This document shows positions 1 to 10,405 of a stretch of DNA of 64,000 nt, piece by piece. Where the stretch lies: NCBI GenBank assembly GCA_016218105.1, contig JACRET010000036.1, positions 5,304 through 69,303 of the forward strand, written 5' to 3'. The notes below the pieces were generated by a model. The model was not told the DNA's origin, did not search any database, and saw nothing but the letters and a program-made list of their open reading frames with translations. The stretch is from Deltaproteobacteria bacterium (lineage in GTDB: Bacteria > Desulfobacterota > GWC2-55-46). Within the stretch, counting starts at the first letter, position 1. Each line of letters starts with the position of its first letter. Both the position numbers and the translations under genes were made by a program.

Positions 1-636
1 TATTATAGGGGTCCTCTTAAGCGCCTCATCGTGCTTTACCTCGTAAGCAAGCTCATAGCCGTCCATTACCGGCATCAGTATGTCGCTGATAATGATAGTG
101 GGCTTGATCTTGCGCGCGGTCTCAAGTCCCTCTTTCCCGTTGCCCGCGACAAAAACCATGAAGCCGTGCTCGGAAAGCATATATTGTAATTGCTCGGCCT
201 GAGTGGGGCTGTCTTCCACTACAAGAATGGTAATGTCCTTATTGGCTCTCGCCTGCTCCAGTTTAAGAGTGAGTATCGCCTGTATCCTTGTGATCAGGAA
301 CTCCTCATTGTAGGGCTTTACTATAAAATCGTCGGCCCCGCATTCCATACCCCTTATTATCTCGTGGGGGTCAGAAAGCTGGGTGAGGAGCACTACCGGC
401 ACCTCCTTGAGCTTGTCGTCCCCCTTGATTATCTTACAGAGCTGGTATCCGTCCATCTCCGGCATCAGGATGTCGGCTATCACTATGAGCGGTCTGCTCT
501 GCCTCATACATGAGAGGGCCTCCCTGCCGTTATAGGATATAACGACCTGATACCCGAGCTGCGTAAGCGACCCCTCAAGCTGTTTTGCCTGTGTACGGCT
601 GTCCTCGACGACTAGAATATAGCTTTGGTCTTTCAT
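1..636 (-). CDS. Response regulator with two tandem receiver (REC) domains; N-terminal part only, the C-terminus runs off the left edge
   Basis: Absent from the ORF track because it is open at the window edge. My reverse-strand translation from the ATG at 636..634 reads MKDQSYILVVEDSRTQAKQLEGSLTQLGYQVV...ADILMPEMDGYQLC...VKPY. A second REC follows: ITILVVEDSPTQAEQLQYMLSEHGF...SDILMPVMDGYELA. A GAGGAA RBS lies just upstream. It is the last gene of the Wsp-like operon. Confidence 0.8.
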   Translation of the reverse strand, partial: MKDQSYILVVEDSRTQAKQLEGSLTQLGYQVVISYNGREALSCMRQSRPLIVIADILMPEMDGYQLCKIIKGDDKLKEVPVVLLTQLSDPHEIIRGMECGADDFIVKPYNEEFLITRIQAILTLKLEQARANKDITILVVEDSPTQAEQLQYMLSEHGFMVFVAGNGKEGLETARKIKPTIIISDILMPVMDGYELAYEVKHDEALKRTPII

Positions 637-674
637 GTCATTTCCTCATTAAGCTGACTTTCTTATATGCTCGT

Positions 675-1736
675 CTATCTTTTTATGACAAGACTCTCAA
701 GTTTACCGGGGATCCTCTCCGGAGGCAGAACAAACGTGGCCCCGTCAAGCCTTACAGCTTCGCCGGGCATCCCGAAAACCACTGAGCTTTCCTTATCCTG
801 CGCTATTGTCACAGCGCCCCTGTCTCTCAAGGACTTCAGCTCCGACGCCCCGTCCTTTCCCATGCCCGTAAGGAGTATGCCTATGACATCTTCGCCGTAA
901 ACGCTTAAAGCGGAGCGGAAGAGGTAAGACACGGACGGCCTGGTGCCGTTCTCAGGTTCCGCCTTGCTCAGAGCTATCCTCCCGCCGTTTACGATCCCCG
1001 TGTGAAAATCGTCCGGCGCGAAATAAATATGGCCTGGCTCCAGTTGCTCCCCGTCAATGGCGATAGAAATCGGAAGTTCGGTGATTTGAGCAAGCCAATC
1101 GACCATCCCCTCCAGAAAGCCTTTTGATATGTGCTGGACTACAAGTATAGGAGCTGGAAACTCCCTCCTGATGCCGGAAAGTATCGCCTGCAGTACCGGG
1201 GGGCCGCCGGTGGAAGCGCCGATAACTACAAGCTTATAATTTTTCGGCTGAGATTGGAAGTAATCAGTTTCATAGCTCGCCTGCCTGGGCATCCGTCCCC
1301 TGGGCCATCTTCTTACGACCCTGACTTCGGACATCAGCTTTACCGTGCTTATAAGCTCTTTTGAGGCGGCTTCAAACCCCTGATGCCGCGGGCCGGCGGG
1401 TTTTTCCAATATAGCCACGGCCCCGGCCTCTATCGCGCGAAACGAATGCTCGACATCAGTCCGGTCATAGCTCGCGCTTACGATCACTATGGGAACAGGG
1501 TTTGTCTCCATGATAATGCGCGTGGCCTCATGCCCGTTCATCCTGGGCATGTTTATGTCCATGGTTATGACGTCGGGAGTCTGATTCTCCATAAATTTTA
1601 CGGCCGCTTCGCCGTCTTCAGCCGCGCCTATAACCCTGACCTCAGGGTCGGATTCAAGGATGTGCTTTAAGTATTCCCTGACCACTGCTGAATCATCTAC
1701 CACAAGTACTTTTATCACTTGCTGCTCCAAAGACAC
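675..1736 (-). CDS. cheB: Chemotaxis response regulator protein-glutamate methylesterase CheB (REC + methylesterase)
   Basis: N-terminal REC ([16 protein letters not shown]...DINMPRMNGHE) plus a CheB esterase domain (GASTGGP, VVQHISKGF, LTGMGKDGA). The track start is a GTG; a GTG at 1718 preceded by GGAG is an alternative start. Confidence 0.9.
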   Translation of the reverse strand: MSLEQQVIKVLVVDDSAVVREYLKHILESDPEVRVIGAAEDGEAAVKFMENQTPDVITMDINMPRMNGHEATRIIMETNPVPIVIVSASYDRTDVEHSFRAIEAGAVAILEKPAGPRHQGFEAASKELISTVKLMSEVRVVRRWPRGRMPRQASYETDYFQSQPKNYKLVVIGASTGGPPVLQAILSGIRREFPAPILVVQHISKGFLEGMVDWLAQITELPISIAIDGEQLEPGHIYFAPDDFHTGIVNGGRIALSKAEPENGTRPSVSYLFRSALSVYGEDVIGILLTGMGKDGASELKSLRDRGAVTIAQDKESSVVFGMPGEAVRLDGATFVLPPERIPGKLESLVIKR

Positions 1737-1924
1737 GGGCGTGTATATATTTGTAAATTTGTTGAATTCTCTATGGTAATCGCCTGAATGTCAATATAAA
1801 AAAATACTTTTTTAAAATTCCCCGTTTTATTTATGAAATATATTGTAAACATCTTCGTGAAACAGCAGGGTGTTGAAAAATACCCTGCGTGTGCAATCCA
1901 TGTATGGACTTTTTCAACATCCAG

Positions 1925-4273
1925 CTAGATAAGCTTGCGAATGACCTCAAGCAGATTGCTCTGGTTGAAGCTGCTCTTTATTATGTAGGCGTTTGCGCCT
2001 ACCTCGATCCCTTTTTCACGGTCCTCACGCGTTTCCAGGGCCGTAACCAGCACGACGGGCATCTCTGAAAGCTTCTTTTCGTTACGTATCTTTGCCGTAA
2101 GCTCGAATCCGTTCATCCTGGGCATCTCGATATCAGAGACGACAAGGTCGAAATGCTCCGTTTTAAGTGCGGTTATCGCGTCCACGCCGTCAACCGCGGT
2201 TTTAACGTTATATCCCGCGCCCTCGAGGATGTTCTTAAGCAGCATCCTTGATGTGATCGAATCCTCGACTATCATGATCGATCTGCCGGCATGAGACTCC
2301 TCAGCCGGGGATGGCGCCGCGGCAGTAGACTTGAATTTGATGGCTGTCCTTACAAGGTCTATGGCATTGAGTATCGGCACGGGTTTGCCTGAGCCGAGGA
2401 TGGCCGCCCCGGAAACGTTACGCACCCTTGTCATCTGCCTTCCAAGGCTCTTTACCAGCACCTCCTGCTCTTCGAGAAGGGCATCCACGCCAAACGCGAT
2501 CTTCTTGTCAGCCGCGGCAAGGACAAGCACAGTCTGGTAAGCGCTCTCCTGCGCCTTTTTTTTCTTTTTGGGGAGGTCCAGCGCCCTGCCAAGCCTTACG
2601 AATGAGGCCGGAGCGCCGCCGATCGGAACCGTTTCCCTGTTCTCTACCGTTTTTATTTCGTCCTTTTTAATCCTGAGCGTCCGTTCCACGTTAACCGTGG
2701 GTATTATAAACACCTGCTCGTCAGCCTCAACCAGCACCCCTCTGAAAGTGGCTATCGTAAGCGGGAGCACTATGCGGAAGGCGGTGCCAGCGTTATGCTC
2801 CGTTTCAACCTTGATCGTGCCGCCGAGCTTATCCACCTTTTCGCGCACTATGGCGAGCCCCAGTCCCCTGCCGGAGATATCCGTTATTATGGGGCTGGTA
2901 GAAACCCCTGAATTGAAGATGAGCAGACAGGCCTCTTCGGCGTCGAGCCCGTCCGCATCGGGCTGAGTCAATACGCCGTTTTTTACGGCCGCTTCCTTTA
3001 CCCTCGCCATGTTTATGCCGGCGCCGTCATCGGAGACGAGGATCTCTATTTTGTTCCCGCCCATATGCGAGATGGCTATCCTCAAGGTGCCTCGTCTCGG
3101 CTTTTTGAATATCTCCCTTTCAGCCGGGCTTTCTATCCCGTGGTCTACGGAATTTCTGACCAGGTGAATGAGCGCGTCTTTCATCTCCTCGAGGATCCTT
3201 CTGTCTATTTCGACGTTCTCCCCGCTGATCACAAGGTCTATTTCCTTTCCGACCTCCAGGGAGATATCCCTGACAAGCATCGGGAAGCTCTCCAGGAGTA
3301 TTGAGAAAGGAAGCATCATCGCTTTCTTGAGGTCGTCGAGTATCGAATCCACCATCCTGTCGAGCGACCTGCTGTTATGGGCCGCGGACTTTGAAACGGT
3401 GCGCGCCCTCGTCTCCATAAGCTTTATATATCCCTGCGACCAATTGAAAAACTCCTGGAGCTTCGCTGTAAAGAGCGGCCCACCGCCGCTCCCCTCTTTC
3501 GCTAGGTGGGCGGGCAGCACATCCCTGTAAAGCTTGGAGGACTGTGATTTGAGCTCTTCTATCATGGATATCACTTCGTTAAAGCCGTTCGCCTGGCGAT
3601 TTGCCGCAAGCTTCACCGGAAGCATCTCTTCCGCCTCAAGCAGCAGATTCCCGAGCTTCTCGGTCGATATCCTTATGGTATCTATCGAGGCTGCCGGATG
3701 GCGCTCTTTCACAAGCCTTTTTGGCAGGACGCCCTGCGCGGCTGTTATCTCCGGGGCATTAGCCTCTTTTTTCGCGGCCGGCTTGGGTTCCGGCTGTTTC
3801 GCCGGCTCCTCTTCATGGACGTGCGATTCGAACCGGTCGCTTAATATCCTCACGGAGGGCCCGCCTGCCTCGAACCGGTCGATCTCCTTCACAAGTTTCG
3901 ATATGTGTATCTTATCGATCCCCGGCTGACCCGACTCAAGGTTTGAGACCAGGGTCTTTATCGTATCGATCGCGAGGTAGAGCACGTCAAAAAGCTCCCT
4001 TGTATGGGTTATCTGCCGCTGTTTCCAGGCGGCGAAGACCCCCTCCAAAGACTGGCATATCGATTCGATCTCGGAGATATTTACGGCGCGCGCGGCCCCC
4101 TTGAGGCTATGGGACTCCCGATAGACCGTCTCGATGACCTCCATCTGAACCTCTATGGGAGGCATGCGCTCAAGCTCCAAAAGGCCGGCTGAAATCGTGT
4201 TCAGGTGCTCAAGGGCCTCGACCTCGAAGGTCGAAAGGAGACGCTTTCTGAATTCAAATTCCTTCTTATCCAT
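1925..4273 (-). CDS. cheA: Hybrid chemotaxis histidine kinase CheA with C-terminal receiver domain (WspE/FrzE-like)
   Basis: Hpt (SHSLKGAARAV), an HATPase_c core (HLVRNSVDHGIE, DDGAGI, GRGLGLAIV), a CheW-like domain, then REC (SIMIVEDSITSRMLL...SDIEMPRMNGFEL...KS). Confidence 0.9.
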   Translation of the reverse strand: MDKKEFEFRKRLLSTFEVEALEHLNTISAGLLELERMPPIEVQMEVIETVYRESHSLKGAARAVNISEIESICQSLEGVFAAWKQRQITHTRELFDVLYLAIDTIKTLVSNLESGQPGIDKIHISKLVKEIDRFEAGGPSVRILSDRFESHVHEEEPAKQPEPKPAAKKEANAPEITAAQGVLPKRLVKERHPAASIDTIRISTEKLGNLLLEAEEMLPVKLAANRQANGFNEVISMIEELKSQSSKLYRDVLPAHLAKEGSGGGPLFTAKLQEFFNWSQGYIKLMETRARTVSKSAAHNSRSLDRMVDSILDDLKKAMMLPFSILLESFPMLVRDISLEVGKEIDLVISGENVEIDRRILEEMKDALIHLVRNSVDHGIESPAEREIFKKPRRGTLRIAISHMGGNKIEILVSDDGAGINMARVKEAAVKNGVLTQPDADGLDAEEACLLIFNSGVSTSPIITDISGRGLGLAIVREKVDKLGGTIKVETEHNAGTAFRIVLPLTIATFRGVLVEADEQVFIIPTVNVERTLRIKKDEIKTVENRETVPIGGAPASFVRLGRALDLPKKKKKAQESAYQTVLVLAAADKKIAFGVDALLEEQEVLVKSLGRQMTRVRNVSGAAILGSGKPVPILNAIDLVRTAIKFKSTAAAPSPAEESHAGRSIMIVEDSITSRMLLKNILEGAGYNVKTAVDGVDAITALKTEHFDLVVSDIEMPRMNGFELTAKIRNEKKLSEMPVVLVTALETREDREKGIEVGANAYIIKSSFNQSNLLEVIRKLI

Positions 4274-4290
4274 TATGGCTCCGCCGGACG

Positions 4291-5928
4291 CTATACCTTA
4301 TAATGCTCCACCAGCACCTTAAGCTTCTGTCCCAGCTCCTGCAGATTCCTTACCGTCATCTCGACCTGTTTTGTGGACGCCGCGTTCTGGGTCGTTGCCT
4401 GCTTTATGTTGTTCATCGCGAGAGCGACCTGATCCATTCCCACAAGCTGCTGCTGGCTGGAAGCGGCTATCTGTATTACCGCCTGCGACGCTTCCGCTAT
4501 GCTTGAGGCCAGCGCCTGTATGGAATCTCCCGTGCCTGAGGACTGGCTTACCGTGCCATCTACGGCCTTGCTCCCTTTTTCAGTCGCCATGACGGCGGCG
4601 CTTGAGGACCTCTGAATATCGTTAAGTATCGTCCTTACCTGCTTGGTCGCCTGCTTGGACTGCTCAGACAGGCTCTTTATTTCCTGGGCCACCACTATAA
4701 AGCCTTTGCCGTGCTCGCCGGCCTTTGACGCCTCTATCGAGGCGTTCACCGCAAGCAGGTTCGACTGCTCGGCAAGGTCGTCGACAGCCGCTATGATCTC
4801 GCCTATGGCCTGATTATGCTCCGAAAGCTTTACTATGGTATCGGCTATGTACTCGACCTGCTCTTTTATCCTGTTTATCCCGCCTATGGTCTCGTTTACC
4901 AGCCTGGTGCCGGCCTGGGATACCTGCACGGCCGTCTGGGCTATTTCAGATACGTGCCTCGCTTTCTGCGAGGAAACGTTGGCTGTCTGCTTTACCTCCT
5001 CGACGGTAGTCGTCGTCTCGGACACGGCTATGGCGGTCTGCTCGGTGCCGGAGGCCAACTCCGCGGTTGTCGCCGCTATTTCGTTGGAAGAGGAAGCGAG
5101 CACCGTCACTGCCTCGGTTATATCCTTTGTCTGCTTCTGAAGGCGCGCGACCATGGAACGGAAGGTCTGCGTCAATATACCGACCTCGTCGTTCCTGCCG
5201 CTGTCGGGTATATTCACGGTAAGGTCTCCTGCCGCGATGCGCCCGGCGATCTCTGAAATATCCTTGAGCGGGGCCGCTATCAGGCGGTTCAGGGCCGCCG
5301 CCACTATCGCGCTGATTAAAACAGCCACTATTCCGATGATTATAAATATTGTTATCGACTGGTTCGCGCTCTCTTCCGACCGCTTAAGGTGGCTGTTGGC
5401 GCCCGCCACAGCCTCTTTTCCAAGTTCCATTACTATGGCGTTCATCTTTTCATGGCGCTGCGCCTGTATGCCGAGCGCCAACCTTCTGGCCTGGTCGATT
5501 TTCCCTTCGTAGATAAGCGGTATTATCTGGGAGTCCCTGGTTTGCACGAAAGCGTTTCTTATCTTATTCAGTTCCTCGAGCCTGGCGAGAACGGAAATAT
5601 CGTCCCTGTTCCTTTCAAGGAGCCTCCTGGATATCGTATCGATCTGCTCGCTGCTCTCTTTTATGCCCTGATGCCGCAACTCCTTGTCCGCGCGCGACGT
5701 TGCGGCCATCATCGTAAGAAGATCCACCCTGACCTCGTCCTCCCTGTTCTCAAGCATCAGAAAATCCACGCTGTTGGTGTACTCGGAAGCCACGATGTCC
5801 CTCTGTGACTTCTGCATTATCGATATGTTCCTCGTGGCCGTAAAGATGACGATCACAAGGAACAGGATCGCCACGCCAAAGCCGGCGATCAGCTTCAGAC
5901 GTGTGGAAAGATTAACAAACCAGTTCAT
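4291..5928 (-). CDS. mcp: Methyl-accepting chemotaxis protein (two TM segments, helical sensor, HAMP, MCP signalling domain)
   Basis: N-terminal TM, a second TM followed by HAMP (AGDLTV), and the conserved hairpin tip [38 protein letters not shown]. Confidence 0.9.
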   Translation of the reverse strand: MNWFVNLSTRLKLIAGFGVAILFLVIVIFTATRNISIMQKSQRDIVASEYTNSVDFLMLENREDEVRVDLLTMMAATSRADKELRHQGIKESSEQIDTISRRLLERNRDDISVLARLEELNKIRNAFVQTRDSQIIPLIYEGKIDQARRLALGIQAQRHEKMNAIVMELGKEAVAGANSHLKRSEESANQSITIFIIIGIVAVLISAIVAAALNRLIAAPLKDISEIAGRIAAGDLTVNIPDSGRNDEVGILTQTFRSMVARLQKQTKDITEAVTVLASSSNEIAATTAELASGTEQTAIAVSETTTTVEEVKQTANVSSQKARHVSEIAQTAVQVSQAGTRLVNETIGGINRIKEQVEYIADTIVKLSEHNQAIGEIIAAVDDLAEQSNLLAVNASIEASKAGEHGKGFIVVAQEIKSLSEQSKQATKQVRTILNDIQRSSSAAVMATEKGSKAVDGTVSQSSGTGDSIQALASSIAEASQAVIQIAASSQQQLVGMDQVALAMNNIKQATTQNAASTKQVEMTVRNLQELGQKLKVLVEHYKV

Positions 5929-5965
5929 ACATTCCTCCTCTGAGATATGCTTCCCAGCATGTTTT

Positions 5966-6580
5966 TCATTCTATATTTTCATAAACTATTATAGATTTGC
6001 CGGAAAGGAGCTTGCCTGCGTCGAGAACGGTGATGTTCTCGTCGGTAACCCCCTTGAGATATTCCTCACGTATCCCCGTGAGCGTGGGGAGGATTTTAAG
6101 GCTATCCGGGTTTATATACCTGCACCCTGTAATAGAGTCAGCCAGTATGCCGAATTCCATATCCTCCGACTTGAGTATTATCACCTTGTTCAGGTCTGTC
6201 AGCCCTTTTTCCGGAAGATCAAAGAACTTCTTTATATCTATCACTGAGATTATCTGTCCGCGGACGTTTATTATCCCGAGCACGAAGGAAGGCGTGCAGG
6301 GGACTGGCGTAAGCTCCGTCATCGGGAATATCTCTCTTACGAACGCGGATTCAACGGCATATTTCTCGTAAGCGAGCATGAACTCGACGGCCTCGATAAA
6401 ATCAGCCTGGGCGACAGGTTTTTCCACGGAGGCGAAGAGTTGCGCCCTCTTCCGTAAAATCTCGCTTTTTCGCTCATGCGAGGGCTGAAGGTTTTTACTG
6501 AGGGCCTCGCCGAAGCTGTCTATGCGGCGGCGCACCTCGTCCCAGTCTATCTTCCTGCCGCTGGCCTCCCGCTCCGTCAT
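5966..6580 (-). CDS. cheW: CheW-like coupling protein with an N-terminal extension of about 60 aa
   Basis: CheW fold motifs (VLGIINVRGQIISVIDIKKFF). Its start overlaps the cheR stop by 4 nt (6577-6580). Confidence 0.85.
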   Translation of the reverse strand: MTEREASGRKIDWDEVRRRIDSFGEALSKNLQPSHERKSEILRKRAQLFASVEKPVAQADFIEAVEFMLAYEKYAVESAFVREIFPMTELTPVPCTPSFVLGIINVRGQIISVIDIKKFFDLPEKGLTDLNKVIILKSEDMEFGILADSITGCRYINPDSLKILPTLTGIREEYLKGVTDENITVLDAGKLLSGKSIIVYENIE

Positions 6581-8079
6581 GCGAGCCTCTCCTTAATGAT
6601 CGAATTTATTATCTCTTTAAGCCTTCCCGCCGTAACCCCGTCTGATTCGGGCAGCACCTCTTCCGGGTTCTCTGCCGAAAGAAGATCGAGGGCGTTCCTG
6701 TAATGCCGCGCCGCCGCGCCAGAGTCGCCGCGCGAAAAAAGCAGGTTCCCGAGCACGAATTGGGCGAGGACAAAATTATGATCCAGATAAAGGGCCTTCT
6801 TAAGGTAATTTATAGCGTCTTCGGCCCTGCCTTGTTCCTGAAGTATCGTGGCAAGCAGATAGTACTGGACGGGGTTCAATGTATCCGCCGATATCGCCTT
6901 TTCACACCACTTTGCCGCAAGGTCGAGCCTGCCCTGGTTCGCGCAGGCGCGAGCGAGGAGGTTCATGACTTTCCAGCCGTTATCACCCGCAAGGGCGGAC
7001 TCTTCAAGGGCCAGTGACGCTTCCGCGTATCTCCCCCGCTCGAAAAGGGAGACGGCTTCGTCATATTTGGAAGGGGCCGCCTCTGCCTCTGCGGGAGGCT
7101 CATCAGTAACAGCGTTTGCGCTCCGCTCCTCTTTGATATCGTCTTTAACGGGCGGGAGCCATTTATATTCGGCGGGACCGGGTATATAATGGGGCGGCGC
7201 GGGCCTCATCTCCTCCATTTCCTCGCTCTTCCTGTACAATGTCGTATTGGACATGTTTACGGGCCTGAAAAGGGGTGATCTGGTCCTTAAGGCCTCTGCA
7301 GGACTTACAAGCAGGTATCCATCGTCCATCAGTGAATTATGGAGGCCCTTAATCACCCTTCCGGCCACCTCTGCGGAAAAATACATGATCACATTCCTGC
7401 AGAATATTATGTCTATCGCGTTGGTGTTGTTCAGGAGAGAGGGATATACGTCTTCCGCCAGATTTAAATAATTAAAACTGACCATTTTCTTTATTTCGGG
7501 GCTTATTTCGTACAAGCCCTCTTTGATCTTTACGAAATATCCGTTCTTAACCCACTCGGGCGTGCCGCGGAAAGACCATTCGGAATATACCCCGGCTGAA
7601 GCCTTTTTGATGGCCGTGGCGTTGATGTCCGTGGCGAGTATGCTTATATTCCAGTTCTTAAGGTCCGCGAGCATCCTCTTGAGGAGTATGGCAACGGAGT
7701 AAGGCTCTTCTCCCGTGGAACACCCGGCGCTCCAGACCCTTAAACGCCGGAGGCCGCTCTGTCTTGCGCTGATAAACTCCGGAAACACATGCTCCTCAAG
7801 GGCTCTGAAGCTGTCCTGATCCCTGAAGAAATAGGTCTCGCCCACGGTCAGGTGGCCTGCCAGCGTCTCTATATGCTGTCTTGTCAGGGTGGTGGACTTA
7901 AGCCAATAGGTAAACTCCTCGATGCTGCTGAAACCGAGATCAGCGGAAGCGGACCTTACGGAGCGCTCAAGGTCAGCGAAACGGGATTCGGGGAAGTGGA
8001 GGCCCATCATGGACGATATCAACTGGCTCAACTCATTGAGGAGGGTCGTATGGCTGGCGGGTATTGTGTCCGTCATCAT
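6577..8079 (-). CDS. cheR: Chemotaxis methyltransferase CheR fused to C-terminal TPR repeats (WspC/FrzF-like)
   Basis: CheR SAM-binding core (RVWSAGCSTGEEPYSVAILL, IFCRNVIMYF), followed by about 170 aa of TPR-like repeats (YYLLATILQEQGRAEDAINYLKKALYLD). Confidence 0.9.
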   Translation of the reverse strand: MMTDTIPASHTTLLNELSQLISSMMGLHFPESRFADLERSVRSASADLGFSSIEEFTYWLKSTTLTRQHIETLAGHLTVGETYFFRDQDSFRALEEHVFPEFISARQSGLRRLRVWSAGCSTGEEPYSVAILLKRMLADLKNWNISILATDINATAIKKASAGVYSEWSFRGTPEWVKNGYFVKIKEGLYEISPEIKKMVSFNYLNLAEDVYPSLLNNTNAIDIIFCRNVIMYFSAEVAGRVIKGLHNSLMDDGYLLVSPAEALRTRSPLFRPVNMSNTTLYRKSEEMEEMRPAPPHYIPGPAEYKWLPPVKDDIKEERSANAVTDEPPAEAEAAPSKYDEAVSLFERGRYAEASLALEESALAGDNGWKVMNLLARACANQGRLDLAAKWCEKAISADTLNPVQYYLLATILQEQGRAEDAINYLKKALYLDHNFVLAQFVLGNLLFSRGDSGAAARHYRNALDLLSAENPEEVLPESDGVTAGRLKEIINSIIKERLA

Positions 8080-8538
8080 TTACGCCTCCCTCATGGCATC
8101 GTCGAGGGCTTTTTCCTCATCAAGGGACAGAAAGCCGTCGATATCGTGTATCAGCGTGATCCCGTCTTTTAACTTGATCACGCCTTTGACATGCTCCATC
8201 CCGGGCAGTATCTCAGCCGGAGCTATTATATCCTCGTCACCGCATTCAATTACCCCGTAGACCTCGTCGGCCACAATACATACCGGCCTTTTTGAAGTAG
8301 CGGCTATTATAAGCTGGTCGCTCAACATAATGTCCTTTGACGGGAGGCTGAAGCGGCAGCGTATGTCTACGACGGGGATGATCCTTCCACGGATATTTAC
8401 GATACCAAGCACTATAAGAGGGGCGTTAGGAAGCGTCGTGACCTCTATCGCGGGGACAACCCTTTCGACATTCGGCAGGGGCAGGGCAAATCTTAGGTTA
8501 TCTAAACTGAATAAGAGAAACTGTTTCGGGGCGTTCAT
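8080..8538 (-). CDS. cheW: CheW coupling protein
   Basis: CheW domain (FLLFSLDNLRFALPL...VLGIVNIRGRIIPVVDIR). I prefer the ATG at 8538 (AAGGGA RBS) over the GTG at 8574 used by the track. It directly abuts cheR. Confidence 0.85.
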   Translation of the reverse strand: MNAPKQFLLFSLDNLRFALPLPNVERVVPAIEVTTLPNAPLIVLGIVNIRGRIIPVVDIRCRFSLPSKDIMLSDQLIIAATSKRPVCIVADEVYGVIECGDEDIIAPAEILPGMEHVKGVIKLKDGITLIHDIDGFLSLDEEKALDDAMREA

Positions 8539-8738
8539 TAGGCAGTCCCTTTTTAAAACGGATTGAGGCCCCACCTGAGCCGGTAAAAAGAAAAGTATGT
8601 AATTTTTCTATAACTTACCTTAAAACCGTCAAAAATTCAAGTTAATACAATTATTGGGCAGACGTTCCCCGCTCATAGGGAATCGGAAACGCCTGCCCTT
8701 GAAGTGGTTGTTTTTAAAAAGGAAAATCGAAAAAGGCC

Positions 8739-9845
8739 TTAAAGGGCGGACCGCACCTTCTCTCCGTCCTCATAACATGCTTCCAGAGCGGCATCAGTGA
8801 TACTATGGAGCGGCAGCACCGTATCTACCCCGCCGGTCTTTATCGCTTCTTTCGGCATGCCGAAGACGACGCAGGAGTGTTCATCCTGTGCGATATTGTG
8901 CGCGCCCGCCTGTTTCATCTCAAGCATCCCCAGCGCCCCGTCGTTGCCCATGCCGGTCAATATCACCCCCACGGCGTTTTTCCCGGCATATTGGGCCGCT
9001 GAGCGAAAGAGCACATTTACGGAAGGGCGGTGCCGGGATACCGGAGGGCCGTCTTTTATTTTCACATAATACCTCGCGCCGCTGCTCTTGAGGAGCATAT
9101 GGCGGTTTCCGGGGGCGAGGAGCGCCCGGCCCCTTATTACGGTATCGTCATCCTCGGCCTCTTTAACTGAAATAGCGCAAGAGGCGTCAAGATGCCTGGC
9201 GAATGTGGCTGTAAACTTCTCAGGCATATGCTGGACTATTACTATGCCGGGGCTGTCGGCCGGCATGGATTGGAGAAATACCTTGATAGCCTCTGTGCCG
9301 CCGGTAGACGCCCCGACCACTATGACCTTCTCGGTCGTCCTTATCATCGCCTTCGTACGCTTCCCGATAACGGCGTCGGGACTGAGGTTTGGCGGAATAT
9401 GGAGCGGGTGCGCCAGGGTGGTCCGCTTTACTTTTGATACAGAGGCGGCCTTTATGGCATCGCAGAGGAATATCCTCGATTCCTCCAAAAACTGCTTTGT
9501 TCCTATGCGGGGCTTTTGTATGATATCCAGCGCGCCGTACTCAAGGGCCTTAAGGGCCGTCTCAGAGCCGGATTCGGCGAGGCTCGATACGATTATCACC
9601 GGTATCGGGTGCTGAGTCATGATCTTATGGAGAAACGTGAGCCCGTCCATCCGGGGCATCTCTATATCCAGGGTTATCACATCCGGCGCATTCTCACGCA
9701 TCTTCTCCGCAGCCATAAAAGGATCTCCAGCCGTTGCCATTACCTCAAGCTGAGGGTCTGCAGAGATTATCTTTGATAATATCTGCCTTGCAACGGCTGA
9801 GTCGTCAACTACCAGCACCTTGATTTTCCTGCCTTTTATTTCCAT
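8739..9845 (-). CDS. cheB: CheB methylesterase (REC + esterase), last gene of the second Che operon
   Basis: [17 protein letters not shown]...[16 protein letters not shown], then [18 protein letters not shown] and LTGMGNDGA. The ATG at 9845 is preferred; the track ORF extends to a GTG at 9875. Confidence 0.9.
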   Translation of the reverse strand: MEIKGRKIKVLVVDDSAVARQILSKIISADPQLEVMATAGDPFMAAEKMRENAPDVITLDIEMPRMDGLTFLHKIMTQHPIPVIIVSSLAESGSETALKALEYGALDIIQKPRIGTKQFLEESRIFLCDAIKAASVSKVKRTTLAHPLHIPPNLSPDAVIGKRTKAMIRTTEKVIVVGASTGGTEAIKVFLQSMPADSPGIVIVQHMPEKFTATFARHLDASCAISVKEAEDDDTVIRGRALLAPGNRHMLLKSSGARYYVKIKDGPPVSRHRPSVNVLFRSAAQYAGKNAVGVILTGMGNDGALGMLEMKQAGAHNIAQDEHSCVVFGMPKEAIKTGGVDTVLPLHSITDAALEACYEDGEKVRSAL

Positions 9846-9919
9846 AGAACTCGCCCAGCAATCAACCACCTGCACAAGCTACGGGGCGAAGACCACCAAA
9901 ACACCCCAGGAAAGCTGGC

Positions 9920-10405
9920 TCAGCCCTGCCCCTTTACCACTTTTTTGACGAAGACTTCCCCGGTACTCGTCAGAAACATCACCTTCCGGCCAGCGGTTCC
10001 TCCGATATCCTTACCCAGCACCATGATCCTGTTCTCTATGAGCGCGGTCTCGGCGAAAGAAATATTCCGGGCCCCGATATTCAATAATCCACTTGAGTTC
10101 TCAAGGATATTGGCCCCGCCGAATACCTTGGCCCTGAGATTACCCCTGCTACTGCCCAGGGATATCATCTTTTCGACCAGCATGGGAATAGCCACATTGC
10201 CGTACTTGGGGGTCTGAAGCCCATCGCCGTTCCAGAACGGCAGAAGGTAGTGGTTCATGCCTCCAAAATGAAGCGCCGCGTCCCACAGGCACACAGATAT
10301 GCATGAACCCAGCACGGTCGTTATCATGTGTTGTCCGCTCTGGGCGAAGATCATCCCCGGATAAAGGAAATGGCTGTCTGGCTTTGCCGCGTTTTCGAGA
10401 TTCAT
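9920..10405 (-). CDS. cheD: Chemoreceptor glutamine deamidase CheD
   Basis: CheD signature TVLGSCISVCLWD...GGMNHYLLP...KVFGGANIL...NIGARN. Its ATG overlaps the stop of the upstream kinase-like gene (TAATG at 10403-10407). Confidence 0.85.
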   Translation of the reverse strand: MNLENAAKPDSHFLYPGMIFAQSGQHMITTVLGSCISVCLWDAALHFGGMNHYLLPFWNGDGLQTPKYGNVAIPMLVEKMISLGSSRGNLRAKVFGGANILENSSGLLNIGARNISFAETALIENRIMVLGKDIGGTAGRKVMFLTSTGEVFVKKVVKGQG

